This document shows positions 1 to 9,552 of a DNA stretch of 32,000 bases, one piece after another. The notes beneath the pieces were generated by a model that saw only the letters and a list, made by a program, of their open reading frames with translations, was not told the DNA's origin and did not search any database. The stretch comes from Prochlorococcus marinus subsp. pastoris str. CCMP1986 (lineage in GTDB: Bacteria > Cyanobacteriota > Cyanobacteriia > PCC-6307 > Cyanobiaceae): NCBI RefSeq assembly GCF_000011465.1, contig NC_005072.1, positions 1,625,991 through 1,657,990 of the forward strand, in the 5' to 3' direction. Each line of letters opens with the position of its first letter. Position 1 is the first letter of the stretch. The position numbers were made by a program, and so were the translations under genes.

Positions 1-196
1 TCCAATTAAACTTTGGACACCTTTACTCGATCTAAATAAAGAAGATATTATTCAATTAGCTTTTGATAATAATGTTCCTTTAGAAAAAACATGGAGTTGT
101 TATTCAGGAAATTTAGAACCCTGTGGAAAATGTGATAGTTGCCGAATTAGACAAACAGCCTACAAAAAATGGCAAATAAAAAAGAATGAGAATTAA
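1..196 (+). CDS. queC: 7-cyano-7-deazaguanine synthase QueC, C-terminal fragment (5' part lies outside the window)
   Basis: The phase beginning at nt 2 is open to TAA at 194-196. It reads [64 protein letters not shown]. The SCY...[10 protein letters not shown] cysteine cluster is the Zn-binding C-terminus typical of QueC. It is absent from the ORF track because it has no start in the window. Confidence 0.75.
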   Translation, partial: PIKLWTPLLDLNKEDIIQLAFDNNVPLEKTWSCYSGNLEPCGKCDSCRIRQTAYKKWQIKKNEN

Positions 197-1505
197 GACA
201 AAAAAATTATCTAAGTGGCTTGATCCAGAATTGATAGCTAAACATTTTGCATTGAAATTTGGAGACCATGGATTGTCTTGGTTAGATAGTGATGGGAAAG
301 ATAATGGAGAATGGTCTATTTTAGGAATTAACCCAAAGGAAATTATTTGCTCTAGAGATATCAATAATTTGAATATTGATAATAATCCATTTTTTAAATT
401 AGAAAAAATTGATAGAGGATTTTGGATGGGCTGGTTAAACTTTGAGGCGGGCGCATATATCGAGCCAAAAAATCCATGGAAGAATAATGAAATATCGACT
501 TTGTGGATTGCATCTTATGATCCAATTATTAAATTTAATCTAGTTTCTAATGAAATAATTCTTGAAGGAACTAGTTCTACTGAAATAAATAAATTTGAAA
601 AAATAATTTTAAATATTAATGCTGAAAAAGAAAAAAATTCTATTAAAAATAATCTGAAATTTGATTTTTCAAAAATTAATTTAAAAGAAATAACCAACGA
701 ATTTGAAACAAATATTTTAAAAGTTAAGAAATTAATATCTATAGGAGATATTTTTCAAGCAAATCTAACAACTCAATGTGAGGTTGAAGCTTTAGAAACT
801 TATAGTTCTTTAAACATATATTCTAAAATAAGAAGAAAATTGAAAGCTCCTTTTGGAGGAATAATAATAAATAATTCAAAGGGAATCAACGAATCAGTAT
901 TATCAACTTCACCTGAAAGATTTTTGAAAATAGACAAAGAAGGATATGTCGAATCAAGACCTATCAAAGGCACAAGATCCAGACACCAAGATGAAACTCA
1001 AGATGCCTTAAATGCCATAGATTTGATAACAAATGAAAAAGATAGAGCTGAAAATATTATGATTGTTGACCTCTTAAGAAACGATTTAAGCAAAGTATGC
1101 GAAATAGGAAGTATTGAGGTTCCAGAAATATTAAAACTTGAGAGTTACTTGAAAGTACATCACCTTACATCAGTAATTAGAGGGAAACTAAAAAAGGATA
1201 AAAGCTGGGTTGACTTACTAATTGCTTGCTGGCCAGGAGGCTCAATAACTGGGGCTCCAAAATTACGTTCATGCCAAAGGCTATTTGAAATAGAAAAAAA
1301 TGGAAGAGGACCTTACTGTGGATCCTTCATAAAAGTTGACTGGAATGGAGAGTTTGATAGCAACATACTAATAAGATCATTTATAGTAAAAGGCAAAAAA
1401 ATTAATATATCTGCTGGTTGCGGAATAGTTAGTGATTCTGATCCTCAAAATGAAACAGAAGAACTAAAGTGGAAACTTTTGCCTTTAATAGATTCGTTAA
1501 AATGA
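186..1505 (+). CDS. pabB: aminodeoxychorismate synthase component I (chorismate-binding enzyme, PabB type)
   Basis: 439-aa ORF with chorismate-utilising enzyme motifs [27 protein letters not shown] and [15 protein letters not shown] carries Lys where anthranilate synthases have PIAGT, which favours PabB over TrpE. It is directly followed by a PabC-like gene. Confidence 0.8.
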   Translation: MRIKTKKLSKWLDPELIAKHFALKFGDHGLSWLDSDGKDNGEWSILGINPKEIICSRDINNLNIDNNPFFKLEKIDRGFWMGWLNFEAGAYIEPKNPWKNNEISTLWIASYDPIIKFNLVSNEIILEGTSSTEINKFEKIILNINAEKEKNSIKNNLKFDFSKINLKEITNEFETNILKVKKLISIGDIFQANLTTQCEVEALETYSSLNIYSKIRRKLKAPFGGIIINNSKGINESVLSTSPERFLKIDKEGYVESRPIKGTRSRHQDETQDALNAIDLITNEKDRAENIMIVDLLRNDLSKVCEIGSIEVPEILKLESYLKVHHLTSVIRGKLKKDKSWVDLLIACWPGGSITGAPKLRSCQRLFEIEKNGRGPYCGSFIKVDWNGEFDSNILIRSFIVKGKKINISAGCGIVSDSDPQNETEELKWKLLPLIDSLK

Positions 1506-2329
1506 AACAGAATATAGGTTGGCATAAAGATAAATGGCTAGATATTGAAAATATTTATATATCAGCAAATGATAGAGGTCTAAAGTTTGGAGATGGAATA
1601 TTCGAAACTGTTTTGATAAAAAAGAATAATGCTGTTTTGCTAGACGAACATATTCAAAGACTAGAAAATAGCAATAGAGTTTTAAATATGAATTTGAATA
1701 TTAATAAATCACATTTAAAAAACATTATTAGTCTAGGTATTAAAAAATTATCTCTTAAAAACGAGCAATTAGGATCAATTAGAATTAACTACAGCAGAGG
1801 CTTGAATAAAGGCAGATCAATTAGAATTAATAAAGATCAACAGGAAGATTATAAAAATAATTTATGGATTGAATTTTATATTATAAAACCTAGTTTTTCT
1901 CCAATAAGTACATTTATTAGTCAAACAGAAAAAAGAAATCAATATAGTTTAATTAATCAATGTAAAACTTTCTCATATAATCAATCAATACAAGCACTAA
2001 TAGAAGCTAATAAAAAATTGTTTGATGATTGTTTAATATTAAATACTGCTGATGAACTATGTTGTGGTAGTACTTTTAATATCTTACTGAAAAGAGATAA
2101 TGTATGGATGACACCAAGAAAAGAAAGTGGATGTCTTCAGGGAATCATGGTTAAAAAAGCTATAAAATTAAAAATAATTAAAGAAGAATTGATCTTACCT
2201 AAATTTTATAATAATGATATTTTAATTGCAATTAATAGTTTATCTTGTAGGCAAATTAATAGAGTAAATGATATAGAATTTACAACAACTTTTGATCCAA
2301 AGTATTTCTGGGAATTGTTGTATAAGTAA
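1469..2329 (+). CDS. pabC: aminodeoxychorismate lyase (class IV aminotransferase fold, PabC)
   Basis: The N-terminal DRGLKFGDGIFET motif and overall length fit class IV PLP enzymes, and the gene is coupled to pabB. The more likely start is ATG 1502, which forms an ATGA overlap with the pabB stop (MKQNIGWH...). 1469 is the longest-ORF start. Confidence 0.65.
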   Translation: METFAFNRFVKMKQNIGWHKDKWLDIENIYISANDRGLKFGDGIFETVLIKKNNAVLLDEHIQRLENSNRVLNMNLNINKSHLKNIISLGIKKLSLKNEQLGSIRINYSRGLNKGRSIRINKDQQEDYKNNLWIEFYIIKPSFSPISTFISQTEKRNQYSLINQCKTFSYNQSIQALIEANKKLFDDCLILNTADELCCGSTFNILLKRDNVWMTPRKESGCLQGIMVKKAIKLKIIKEELILPKFYNNDILIAINSLSCRQINRVNDIEFTTTFDPKYFWELLYK

Positions 2330-2331
2330 GA

Positions 2332-3123
2332 TTATTTCTTTTCTGGAAAAAAAGCATCAGATAGGTTATTTATATAGTTATTAACTTTAAACCCAACAAT
2401 ACTTCCGATAACGATAATCGATGGTGAAGAGAAACCTTTGTTACTTATTGTCTCTGCCAAATTCTTTAATTCTGAAATTAAACATTTTTGATTATTTAAA
2501 GTTGCTTCTTGAATAACAGCACATTTAGTATTTTCATCCAAACCGCCTATTAGTAATTCTTTAACAATAAATCCTATATTTCTCATGCCCATATAAATTA
2601 CTAAACCATCAGATGATTTAGCTAATAATCTCCAATTAACAGTCTTTTTATCTTTATTAATATCTTCATGTCCAGTGACAAAAGTTATAGAGCTTCCTGC
2701 TTCTCGATGAGTTAATGGGATCCCAAAATTTGAAGGAGCAGCTATTCCAGAAGTTATCCCAGGGACAATTTCAACTGAAATCCCATTTTTTTCTAAAAAA
2801 GATACTTCTTCACCACCTCGTGAAAAAACAAAAGGATCACCTCCTTTAAGCCTTACAACATTCTTTCCTTCTTTTGCTAATTTCACAATAAGTAAATTAG
2901 TATCAGCCTGAGGAACAGAACACAACCCAGCCCTTTTACCTACATTAAATATTTCAGTTTTCTTATTAGTCTCCTTTATGATTTGGGGAGAAACTAACGC
3001 ATCATGGACCAAAGCATCACAACTTTTGATAAGTCGTAAGGCTTTTAAAGTTAGCAGCTCAGGGTCACCAGGACCTGCTCCAACTAAATAAACTATACCG
3101 GGCACATTAATCTCCATTAACAA
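2332..3123 (-). CDS. cobA: uroporphyrinogen-III C-methyltransferase (SUMT; siroheme/cobalamin branch)
   Basis: VYLVGAGPGDPELLTLKA and GGDPFVFSRGGEE are hallmark tetrapyrrole methylase motifs. Codon 1 at 3123 is TTG. ATG at 3117 (MEINVPG...) is the more likely start. Confidence 0.85.
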   Translation of the reverse strand: MLMEINVPGIVYLVGAGPGDPELLTLKALRLIKSCDALVHDALVSPQIIKETNKKTEIFNVGKRAGLCSVPQADTNLLIVKLAKEGKNVVRLKGGDPFVFSRGGEEVSFLEKNGISVEIVPGITSGIAAPSNFGIPLTHREAGSSITFVTGHEDINKDKKTVNWRLLAKSSDGLVIYMGMRNIGFIVKELLIGGLDENTKCAVIQEATLNNQKCLISELKNLAETISNKGFSSPSIIVIGSIVGFKVNNYINNLSDAFFPEKK

Positions 3124-3162
3124 GTATGGTAGTAAAAGAAAATTGTATTGTAGATAAATATC

Positions 3163-4413
3163 GTGAAAAAAAGTTTATTCAAGCCAAGTAGAAAATTTAC
3201 TTTATTCAGTGCTTTTGTAACTCTCCTAAATGATAGATTAAGCGAAAGTATTCTTTTGCCAATTTTACCTTCTTTTGTTTTACTCTTTGACTCAAAAGCT
3301 AGTACTTATGGTTTACTCTCTTGTACTTATCAATTAGCACAATTTACGGCTTCGCCTTTTATTGGGCTTATGAGCGATAGATATGGAAGAAGACCTGTAA
3401 CTTTGTTTTGTATAACGGGCTCAATCATAGGAATATCAATATTATCATTTACAGTTTTATTTGATTGGTCAACTTCACTAGCGACTATCCCCTTATTTTT
3501 ATTATTTATAGCAAGACTTATTGACGGTCTAAGTGGTGGAACTGCTGCAACAGCGACTACTATTCTTGCAGATATTTCTAGTCCTGAAAAAAGAGCAAAA
3601 ACATTTGGACTTATTGGAGTCGCATTTGGATTAAGTTTCTTCTTGGGTAATATATTTGTTGTTATTTTTGCTAAAAATACAAATAATAATTTCATTATTC
3701 CAGTAATAATAGCTTCAATAATTCCAATTATTAACTTCATACTAGTATTCTTTTATTTACCAGAAACCAAGCCTCAAAACGAATTAAATAAATCAACTCA
3801 AATTTTAAAAAATCCTCTAAAACAATTATTTAAAGTATTTAAAGAAGAAAAAATTAGAAAATTATCTCTAGCTTTTTTTATATATTTCATAGCTTTTACT
3901 GGACTAACAAATATTTTAATTTTTTTCCTTCAAGAGTCCCTGAATTGGACAACTAAGGCATCCAGTGGAACTCTTGTAGTTGTGGGGGTGATAGCAATTA
4001 TTGTACAAGGTGGGCTAATTGGTCCTCTAGTAAAAAAATTTGGAGAAATGAGACTTACTTTAATTGGTTCAGGTTTTATTCTCTTAGCATGTTTTCTTTT
4101 GATAACTACCCCTCAAAAAAATGCGATAGTAAATATTTATTCTGCAGTTTCATTCTTAGCCGTGGGTGCGGGTTTAATTACACCTACATTAAGAGCATTA
4201 ATATCAAAGAAATTAGATGGGGATAACCAGGGCTCTATATTAAGTAATTTGCAAGGTCTTCAAAGTCTTGGTGGGGTTTTAGGTATAGGAATGGCTGGAA
4301 AAGTTTATGATGATTTTGGTCCAAAAGCACCATTTATTGCAGGATCAATTATTTTACTTTTTATGATTTACCTTATTGCTGAAGGAAAAAATAACAATAT
4401 TTCTTATAATTAA
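3163..4413 (+). CDS. major facilitator superfamily transporter (drug:H+ antiporter-like)
   Basis: 416 aa with about 12 hydrophobic segments and MFS motif A, GLMSDRYGRRP, between TM2 and TM3. It has a GTG start and no nearby in-frame ATG. The substrate cannot be inferred. Confidence 0.75.
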   Translation: MKKSLFKPSRKFTLFSAFVTLLNDRLSESILLPILPSFVLLFDSKASTYGLLSCTYQLAQFTASPFIGLMSDRYGRRPVTLFCITGSIIGISILSFTVLFDWSTSLATIPLFLLFIARLIDGLSGGTAATATTILADISSPEKRAKTFGLIGVAFGLSFFLGNIFVVIFAKNTNNNFIIPVIIASIIPIINFILVFFYLPETKPQNELNKSTQILKNPLKQLFKVFKEEKIRKLSLAFFIYFIAFTGLTNILIFFLQESLNWTTKASSGTLVVVGVIAIIVQGGLIGPLVKKFGEMRLTLIGSGFILLACFLLITTPQKNAIVNIYSAVSFLAVGAGLITPTLRALISKKLDGDNQGSILSNLQGLQSLGGVLGIGMAGKVYDDFGPKAPFIAGSIILLFMIYLIAEGKNNNISYN

Positions 4414-4431
4414 CAAAATATAATCCCTTTA

Positions 4432-6519
4432 ATGAAATACGAAGCTAACAATTTTATTAATAGAGAATTAAGTTGGATCGACTTTAATAAAAGAGTTCTT
4501 CTTACAGGGATGGAGAAAGATTATAAAGTACTAGATAAAATTAAATTTTTTTCAATTTTCAGTAATAATCTTGATGAATTTTTTATGGTTAGAGTTGCAT
4601 CATTAAAAGCTCAAGTTGAAGCCGGAATTAGAAAAAAAAGTATTGATGGACATACTCCTAAAGAACAATTAAAAAAAATTAACAAGGAAGTAAAAAAACT
4701 CACAATCCTTCAAGAAAAATATTTTAATAATGAATTAAATGATGAGCTTAAAAATGAAGGCATTTTCATAAAAAAGTATTGTGAACTCAATCAAAATCAG
4801 AAAAATTGGTGTGATAGCTATTTCCTATCTTCAATTTTTCCTTTATTAACACCATTAGTAGTTGATCCTGCGCACCCATTCCCTTTTATAAGTAATTTAA
4901 GTCTTAATTTGGCTGCTCTCATTAATGATGGAGAAGAATCAAAAAATCAATTTGTAAGAATTAAAATACCGACAAAAAATATTGGCAGATTTATACTAAT
5001 TCCCAATGAAATTATTGAAACTGAAGATGAAAGAGAGCATTTTTTTATAACTGTTGAAGACTTAATTGGAAACAATATCAATGCCTTATTTAATGGAATG
5101 GAATGCTTAAATTATTCTTTTTTCCGAGTAACAAGAGATGCAGATTTAGAATTAAAAGAACTTGAAGCTGACGACTTACTTCTTGCGGTAGAGCAAAGCT
5201 TGCAAAAAAGAAGATTAGGGGGAGATGTAGTTAGATTAGAAGTAAATGAAAATATTCCACAAAATATTTTAAAGTTACTCATTGAGAGTATTGCAATACC
5301 AGAAGAATATATCTACTTTTGCAAAAGCTTATTAGGACTTGACGATTTAAATTACCTCTTAAAAATTAATCGAGAAGACTTAAAAGAAAATTTATTAATT
5401 GGAGATACACATCCATTATTAAAATCGTTAGATTCTTCTAAAGACAAAAATTTTAACTCTATTTTTAGCATTCTTAGAAAACAGAGTATACTTCTACATC
5501 ATCCATACGACTTATTCAAAACCTCTGTAGAAGAATTTATCAACAAAGCTGCTGACGACCCACTTGTACTAGCTATTAAAATTACTCTTTATAGAGTTTC
5601 AAAAGATTCTCCAATTATTGAAGCCTTAATGAGAGCAGCTGAGAATGGGAAAGAGGTAATGACTCTTGTTGAGCTCAAAGCAAGATTTGATGAAGATAAC
5701 AACATCCAATGGGCAAAACAGCTTGAGCAAGCTGGAATTCATGTTGTTTATGGAATAATAGGCTTTAAAACACATACAAAGATTGCTTTAGTGGTTAGAA
5801 AAGAGAAAAGAAGACTAAGGAATTATTTTCATATTGGAACGGGAAATTACAATTCGAACACTTCTCGCTATTACACAGACATAGGATTTCTATCAACAGA
5901 TCCTGATATCTCCTCAGATTTAATTGAACTCTTTAATTACTTATCAGGTTTCTCAAAACAAAAGGCTTATCAGAAATTATTAGTATCTCCAACATCATTA
6001 AGAAAAAAATTCATCTTTTTAATAAATAGAGAAATTGAAAATATCGAAGAGGGCAAGAAAGGTGAAATTATTGCAAAAATGAATTCATTAGTAGATCCAG
6101 AAATTATTCAATTACTTTATTTAGCTTCCCAAAAAGGAGTAAAAATTCACCTGATAATAAGAGGGATATGTTGTTTATATCCTCAAAGAGAGAATTTGAG
6201 TGAAAATATTAAGGTTACAAGTATTATTGGGCATTTTCTTGAACATTCTAGAATTTTTTGGTTTTACAATAACAATAATCCAGAAGTTTTTATAGGCAGC
6301 GCAGACTGGATGAGAAGAAATTTAGACAGAAGAATAGAAGCTGTTACACCTATAGAAGACCTAAAATTAAAATCTCAACTATATGATCTTTTACAAACTT
6401 ATATTTATGATAATTATTACTCCTGGATCATGAATAAAGATGGAATATACGAAAAAAAAGAGAGGGATTCAAACTCAAATCGTTCTCAAATTGATCTAAT
6501 AAAAAGATTAAAAAAATAA
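4432..6519 (+). CDS. ppk: polyphosphate kinase 1
   Basis: 695 aa. The N-terminus NRELSWIDFNKRVL is the canonical PPK1 start. The C-terminal domains are PLD-like (HTKIALV..., EHSRIFWF). Confidence 0.92.
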   Translation: MKYEANNFINRELSWIDFNKRVLLTGMEKDYKVLDKIKFFSIFSNNLDEFFMVRVASLKAQVEAGIRKKSIDGHTPKEQLKKINKEVKKLTILQEKYFNNELNDELKNEGIFIKKYCELNQNQKNWCDSYFLSSIFPLLTPLVVDPAHPFPFISNLSLNLAALINDGEESKNQFVRIKIPTKNIGRFILIPNEIIETEDEREHFFITVEDLIGNNINALFNGMECLNYSFFRVTRDADLELKELEADDLLLAVEQSLQKRRLGGDVVRLEVNENIPQNILKLLIESIAIPEEYIYFCKSLLGLDDLNYLLKINREDLKENLLIGDTHPLLKSLDSSKDKNFNSIFSILRKQSILLHHPYDLFKTSVEEFINKAADDPLVLAIKITLYRVSKDSPIIEALMRAAENGKEVMTLVELKARFDEDNNIQWAKQLEQAGIHVVYGIIGFKTHTKIALVVRKEKRRLRNYFHIGTGNYNSNTSRYYTDIGFLSTDPDISSDLIELFNYLSGFSKQKAYQKLLVSPTSLRKKFIFLINREIENIEEGKKGEIIAKMNSLVDPEIIQLLYLASQKGVKIHLIIRGICCLYPQRENLSENIKVTSIIGHFLEHSRIFWFYNNNNPEVFIGSADWMRRNLDRRIEAVTPIEDLKLKSQLYDLLQTYIYDNYYSWIMNKDGIYEKKERDSNSNRSQIDLIKRLKK

Positions 6520-6713
6520 ATTTTTTTATAACATTTTAAAAAACTTCTTAATATTGATAAAAATTTTATATTTATAAGAAATCAAGTCATATCAGTTATT
6601 TTGAAGTAATATTAGTAGAAATCAATTTTCTTGTCTTTAAAGTTTCAACGCAAAAGTATTTTTTTTCTTGATTTCAGTGCTAGCTTTTAAAAAATCCACT
6701 TAAAGAGGCCAGG

Positions 6714-7736
6714 GTGATGGGGATCCTTCTGGAATCTGGAAATAGTTCTTCAAAAAAGAAAACTGAAGAACCTAGATTACCAAACACTGCGGGCAAGACT
6801 CGCAAAACAAAACCAAGCTTAACTGCTAAACAAAACCAAAAAAAATCTGCAAGACTCGCTTCAGATTCAATAGGTTATTACTTAAGCAGTATTGGAAGAG
6901 TTCCTCTTCTTACTGCAGCAGAAGAAATAGAGCTAGCTCATCATGTTCAAAACATGAAAAAGATGCTAGAAATTCCTGAGATAGAAAGATCATCAAAACA
7001 TCTTCGCCTAATTAAAATTGGGAAAAGAGCTAGAGATAGAATGATGTCAGCCAATTTAAGACTTGTAGTATCTGTTGCCAAGAAGTATCAAAATCAAGGT
7101 TTAGATTTATTAGACTTGGTACAAGAAGGCGCTATAGGCTTAGAAAGAGCGGTTGATAAATTTGATCCTGCGATGGGATATAAATTTTCTACTTATGCTT
7201 ATTGGTGGATTAGACAAGGAATGACAAGAGCTATTGATAATAGCGCTAGGACAATTAGATTACCAATTCATATTAGTGAAAAACTTTCCAAAATGAGAAG
7301 AGTTTCCAGAGAATTATCTCAAAAATCTGGAAGGCAACCAACCAGATTAGAAATGGCAACAGCGATGGGAATTGAGCAAAAAGATTTAGAAGACTTAATC
7401 TCTCAAAGTGCTCCATGCGCATCTCTTGATGCTCACGCAAGAGGCGAAGAAGATCGTAGTACCTTAGGTGAACTTATTCCCGATCCAAATGGAGAAGAGC
7501 CTATGGAAGGGATGGATAGAACAATCCAAAAAGAACATTTAGGAACTTGGCTGACTCAATTAAATGAAAGAGAACAAAAAATTATGAAACTTAGATTCGG
7601 CTTAGACGGAGAGGAACCTCTTACACTGGCAGAAATAGGAAGACAAATAAATGTATCCAGAGAAAGAGTTAGGCAACTAGAAGCTAAGGCAATTTTAAAA
7701 CTTAGAGTAATGACCACTCATCAAAAAGCAGCCTAG
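6714..7736 (+). CDS. RNA polymerase sigma-70 family factor (group 2-type, RpoD-like)
   Basis: Region 1.2 is YLSSIGRVPLLTAAEEIELA. Region 2 is LVQEGAIGLERAVDKFDP / STYAYWWIRQGMTRAI. The region 4.2 HTH is LTLAEIGRQINVSRERVRQLEAKAILKLR. GTG 6714 is immediately followed by ATG 6717, so either could be the start. Confidence 0.9.
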   Translation: MMGILLESGNSSSKKKTEEPRLPNTAGKTRKTKPSLTAKQNQKKSARLASDSIGYYLSSIGRVPLLTAAEEIELAHHVQNMKKMLEIPEIERSSKHLRLIKIGKRARDRMMSANLRLVVSVAKKYQNQGLDLLDLVQEGAIGLERAVDKFDPAMGYKFSTYAYWWIRQGMTRAIDNSARTIRLPIHISEKLSKMRRVSRELSQKSGRQPTRLEMATAMGIEQKDLEDLISQSAPCASLDAHARGEEDRSTLGELIPDPNGEEPMEGMDRTIQKEHLGTWLTQLNEREQKIMKLRFGLDGEEPLTLAEIGRQINVSRERVRQLEAKAILKLRVMTTHQKAA

Positions 7737-7741
7737 TTAAG

Positions 7742-8386
7742 TTGTTGAATTTTGTTTTTATTTTTGTTTATATATTTATTATCTTTTTTATATCGATAAT
7801 ATATAAAAGATTTAATCCAAATAATAAAGAAGTACTGAGAAAAATTATTCATATTGGAATAGGACCTTTAATTCCTCTCGCAAAATTCTTAGATATAGAT
7901 CAAACTTCTGCTCTTTGTTTTACAGGGCTTGTTACGTTGCTAACTTTCATAAATTACCAATCTAAATTATTTCCAACTATTGAGGATGTAGATAGAAAAA
8001 GTTATGGAACCTTATTTTATTGTTTAAGTTTATTTATTTTAATTTACCTTTATTGGGAAAAAGATCCTACTTCACTGATTGCTGGTTTTTTTATAATGAC
8101 ATTTGGTGATGGCTTTGCAGCATTAATAGGAAAGAACTTTAAATCCAAAAGTTGGATTTTTTTAAACCAAAAAAAATCTTTGTTTGGAACAACCACTATG
8201 TTTATTACAAGCTTGATAGTAGTTTTTGGTTTAAGTTATATCCAAAAATACACTTTTAATATAAATTTTTTTACTGTTGCTTCTATTTCTACAATACTTG
8301 AACAATTTAGTTTTTTTGGAATAGATAACTTTATAGTGCCAATTTCAGCAGCATTTTGTTTTAACTTTTTTATTACAGGTTTATAA
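7742..8386 (+). CDS. polytopic membrane protein of the CTP-dependent prenol kinase family (phytol kinase VTE5 / dolichol kinase-like)
   Basis: 214 aa with 6-7 hydrophobic segments. The FGDGFAALIGKNF motif resembles the conserved GDG(L/F)A..(V/I)G motif of phytol/dolichol kinases. TTG start lies 5 nt after the sigma factor stop. The family call is from recollection only. Confidence 0.5.
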   Translation: MLNFVFIFVYIFIIFFISIIYKRFNPNNKEVLRKIIHIGIGPLIPLAKFLDIDQTSALCFTGLVTLLTFINYQSKLFPTIEDVDRKSYGTLFYCLSLFILIYLYWEKDPTSLIAGFFIMTFGDGFAALIGKNFKSKSWIFLNQKKSLFGTTTMFITSLIVVFGLSYIQKYTFNINFFTVASISTILEQFSFFGIDNFIVPISAAFCFNFFITGL

Positions 8387-8387
8387 A

Positions 8388-9455
8388 TTACAAAATTGAA
8401 TCATATAGAATCTGAAGCAAATTTTTCGTTGTTTCTATATTTATGCAAGCATCAGTAATACTCGTACCATATTCAAGATCTTTCATATTTGAAAGTTTTT
8501 GATTACCCTCCTTCAGATGACTTTCAAGCATTACTCCTAAAATATTTTTTTCACCATTCTTAATCTGATTTGCTACGTTTTTAAGGACATCAGATTGCTT
8601 TGTGTAATCTTTATTAGAATTTCCATGGCTACAATCAATCATAACTTTGTAAGGAAGATTACCTTCTTTTAATTCGGAAGAAATACTTTTTACATGTTGA
8701 TTTTCGAAATTAACTCCTTTAGAACCTCCCCTTAAAACTATATGTCCATCTGGATTGCCGGTTGTATTTACAATAGAAGCATAACCTTGATCATTAACAC
8801 CTAAGAAATGATGAGATTTTGAAGCCGACTGCATCGCATTAATAGCAGTACTAAAAGAACCATCAGTACCATTTTTAAAACCAATAGGCATGGATAATCC
8901 TGAAGCCATTTCTCTATGAGTTTGACTTTCGGTAGTCCTTGCACCAATTGCTGTCCAACTGATTAAATCAGCAATATATTGAGGAACAATTGGATCTAAT
9001 AACTCAGTAGCAGAGGGTATCCCACGCGTTGCCAAATAAGATAGTAAATTTCTCGCTCTTCGTAAACCTGTATTAATGTCATATGAACCATCTAAATGAG
9101 GGTCATTTATTAATCCTTTCCAACCAATTGTAGTTCTGGGTTTTTCGAAATATACTCGCATTACAATTTCTAATTTATCTTTATAAATTTTTCTAAATTC
9201 CTGAATATATTCTGAATAATCTTTAGCAGCCTCAATATCATGAATTGAACATGGTCCCACTATGACTAGAATCCGAGGATCATTATTGTGCAAAATATTT
9301 TGTATTGATCTTCTAGTATTAGAGACAGTTTCTGCAGAGGTATAATCTAAAGGTATATCATTATGAAGTTTGCTTGGAGGTATTAATGGACGTGTTTCAA
9401 CAACATGCAAATCAGATGTTTTTTCTAAAGATTGATTATTGGATGAAGTCGTCAT
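8388..9455 (-). CDS. aroG: 3-deoxy-7-phosphoheptulonate (DAHP) synthase, class I
   Basis: 355 aa. VIVGPCSIHD, KPRTTIGWKGLINDP and IDCSHGNS are characteristic of AroF/G/H-type DAHP synthases. Confidence 0.9.
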   Translation of the reverse strand: MTTSSNNQSLEKTSDLHVVETRPLIPPSKLHNDIPLDYTSAETVSNTRRSIQNILHNNDPRILVIVGPCSIHDIEAAKDYSEYIQEFRKIYKDKLEIVMRVYFEKPRTTIGWKGLINDPHLDGSYDINTGLRRARNLLSYLATRGIPSATELLDPIVPQYIADLISWTAIGARTTESQTHREMASGLSMPIGFKNGTDGSFSTAINAMQSASKSHHFLGVNDQGYASIVNTTGNPDGHIVLRGGSKGVNFENQHVKSISSELKEGNLPYKVMIDCSHGNSNKDYTKQSDVLKNVANQIKNGEKNILGVMLESHLKEGNQKLSNMKDLEYGTSITDACINIETTKNLLQILYDSIL

Positions 9456-9552
9456 TGATTAATTAAGAAGTTTGAATATTTAAAAAAGCATTTATGAATA
9501 CTCTCCTTATCAATATTAAAAATAACAATAGATTAGGCATTAAACCTTACAA

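Noticed and set aside
3330-3740. 136-codon ORF antisense to the MFS transporter gene
   Set aside because: It lies entirely inside a gene whose sense frame carries clear MFS motifs (GLMSDRYGRRP). Its product has no recognisable features, and long shadow ORFs are expected opposite coding frames. The same reasoning applies to 113-364(-), 515-697(-), 10245-10451(-), 11049-11378(-), 11672-11902(-), 14586-14861(-), 15829-16095(+), 16685-16879(+), 25372-25569(+) and 29644-29985(-).
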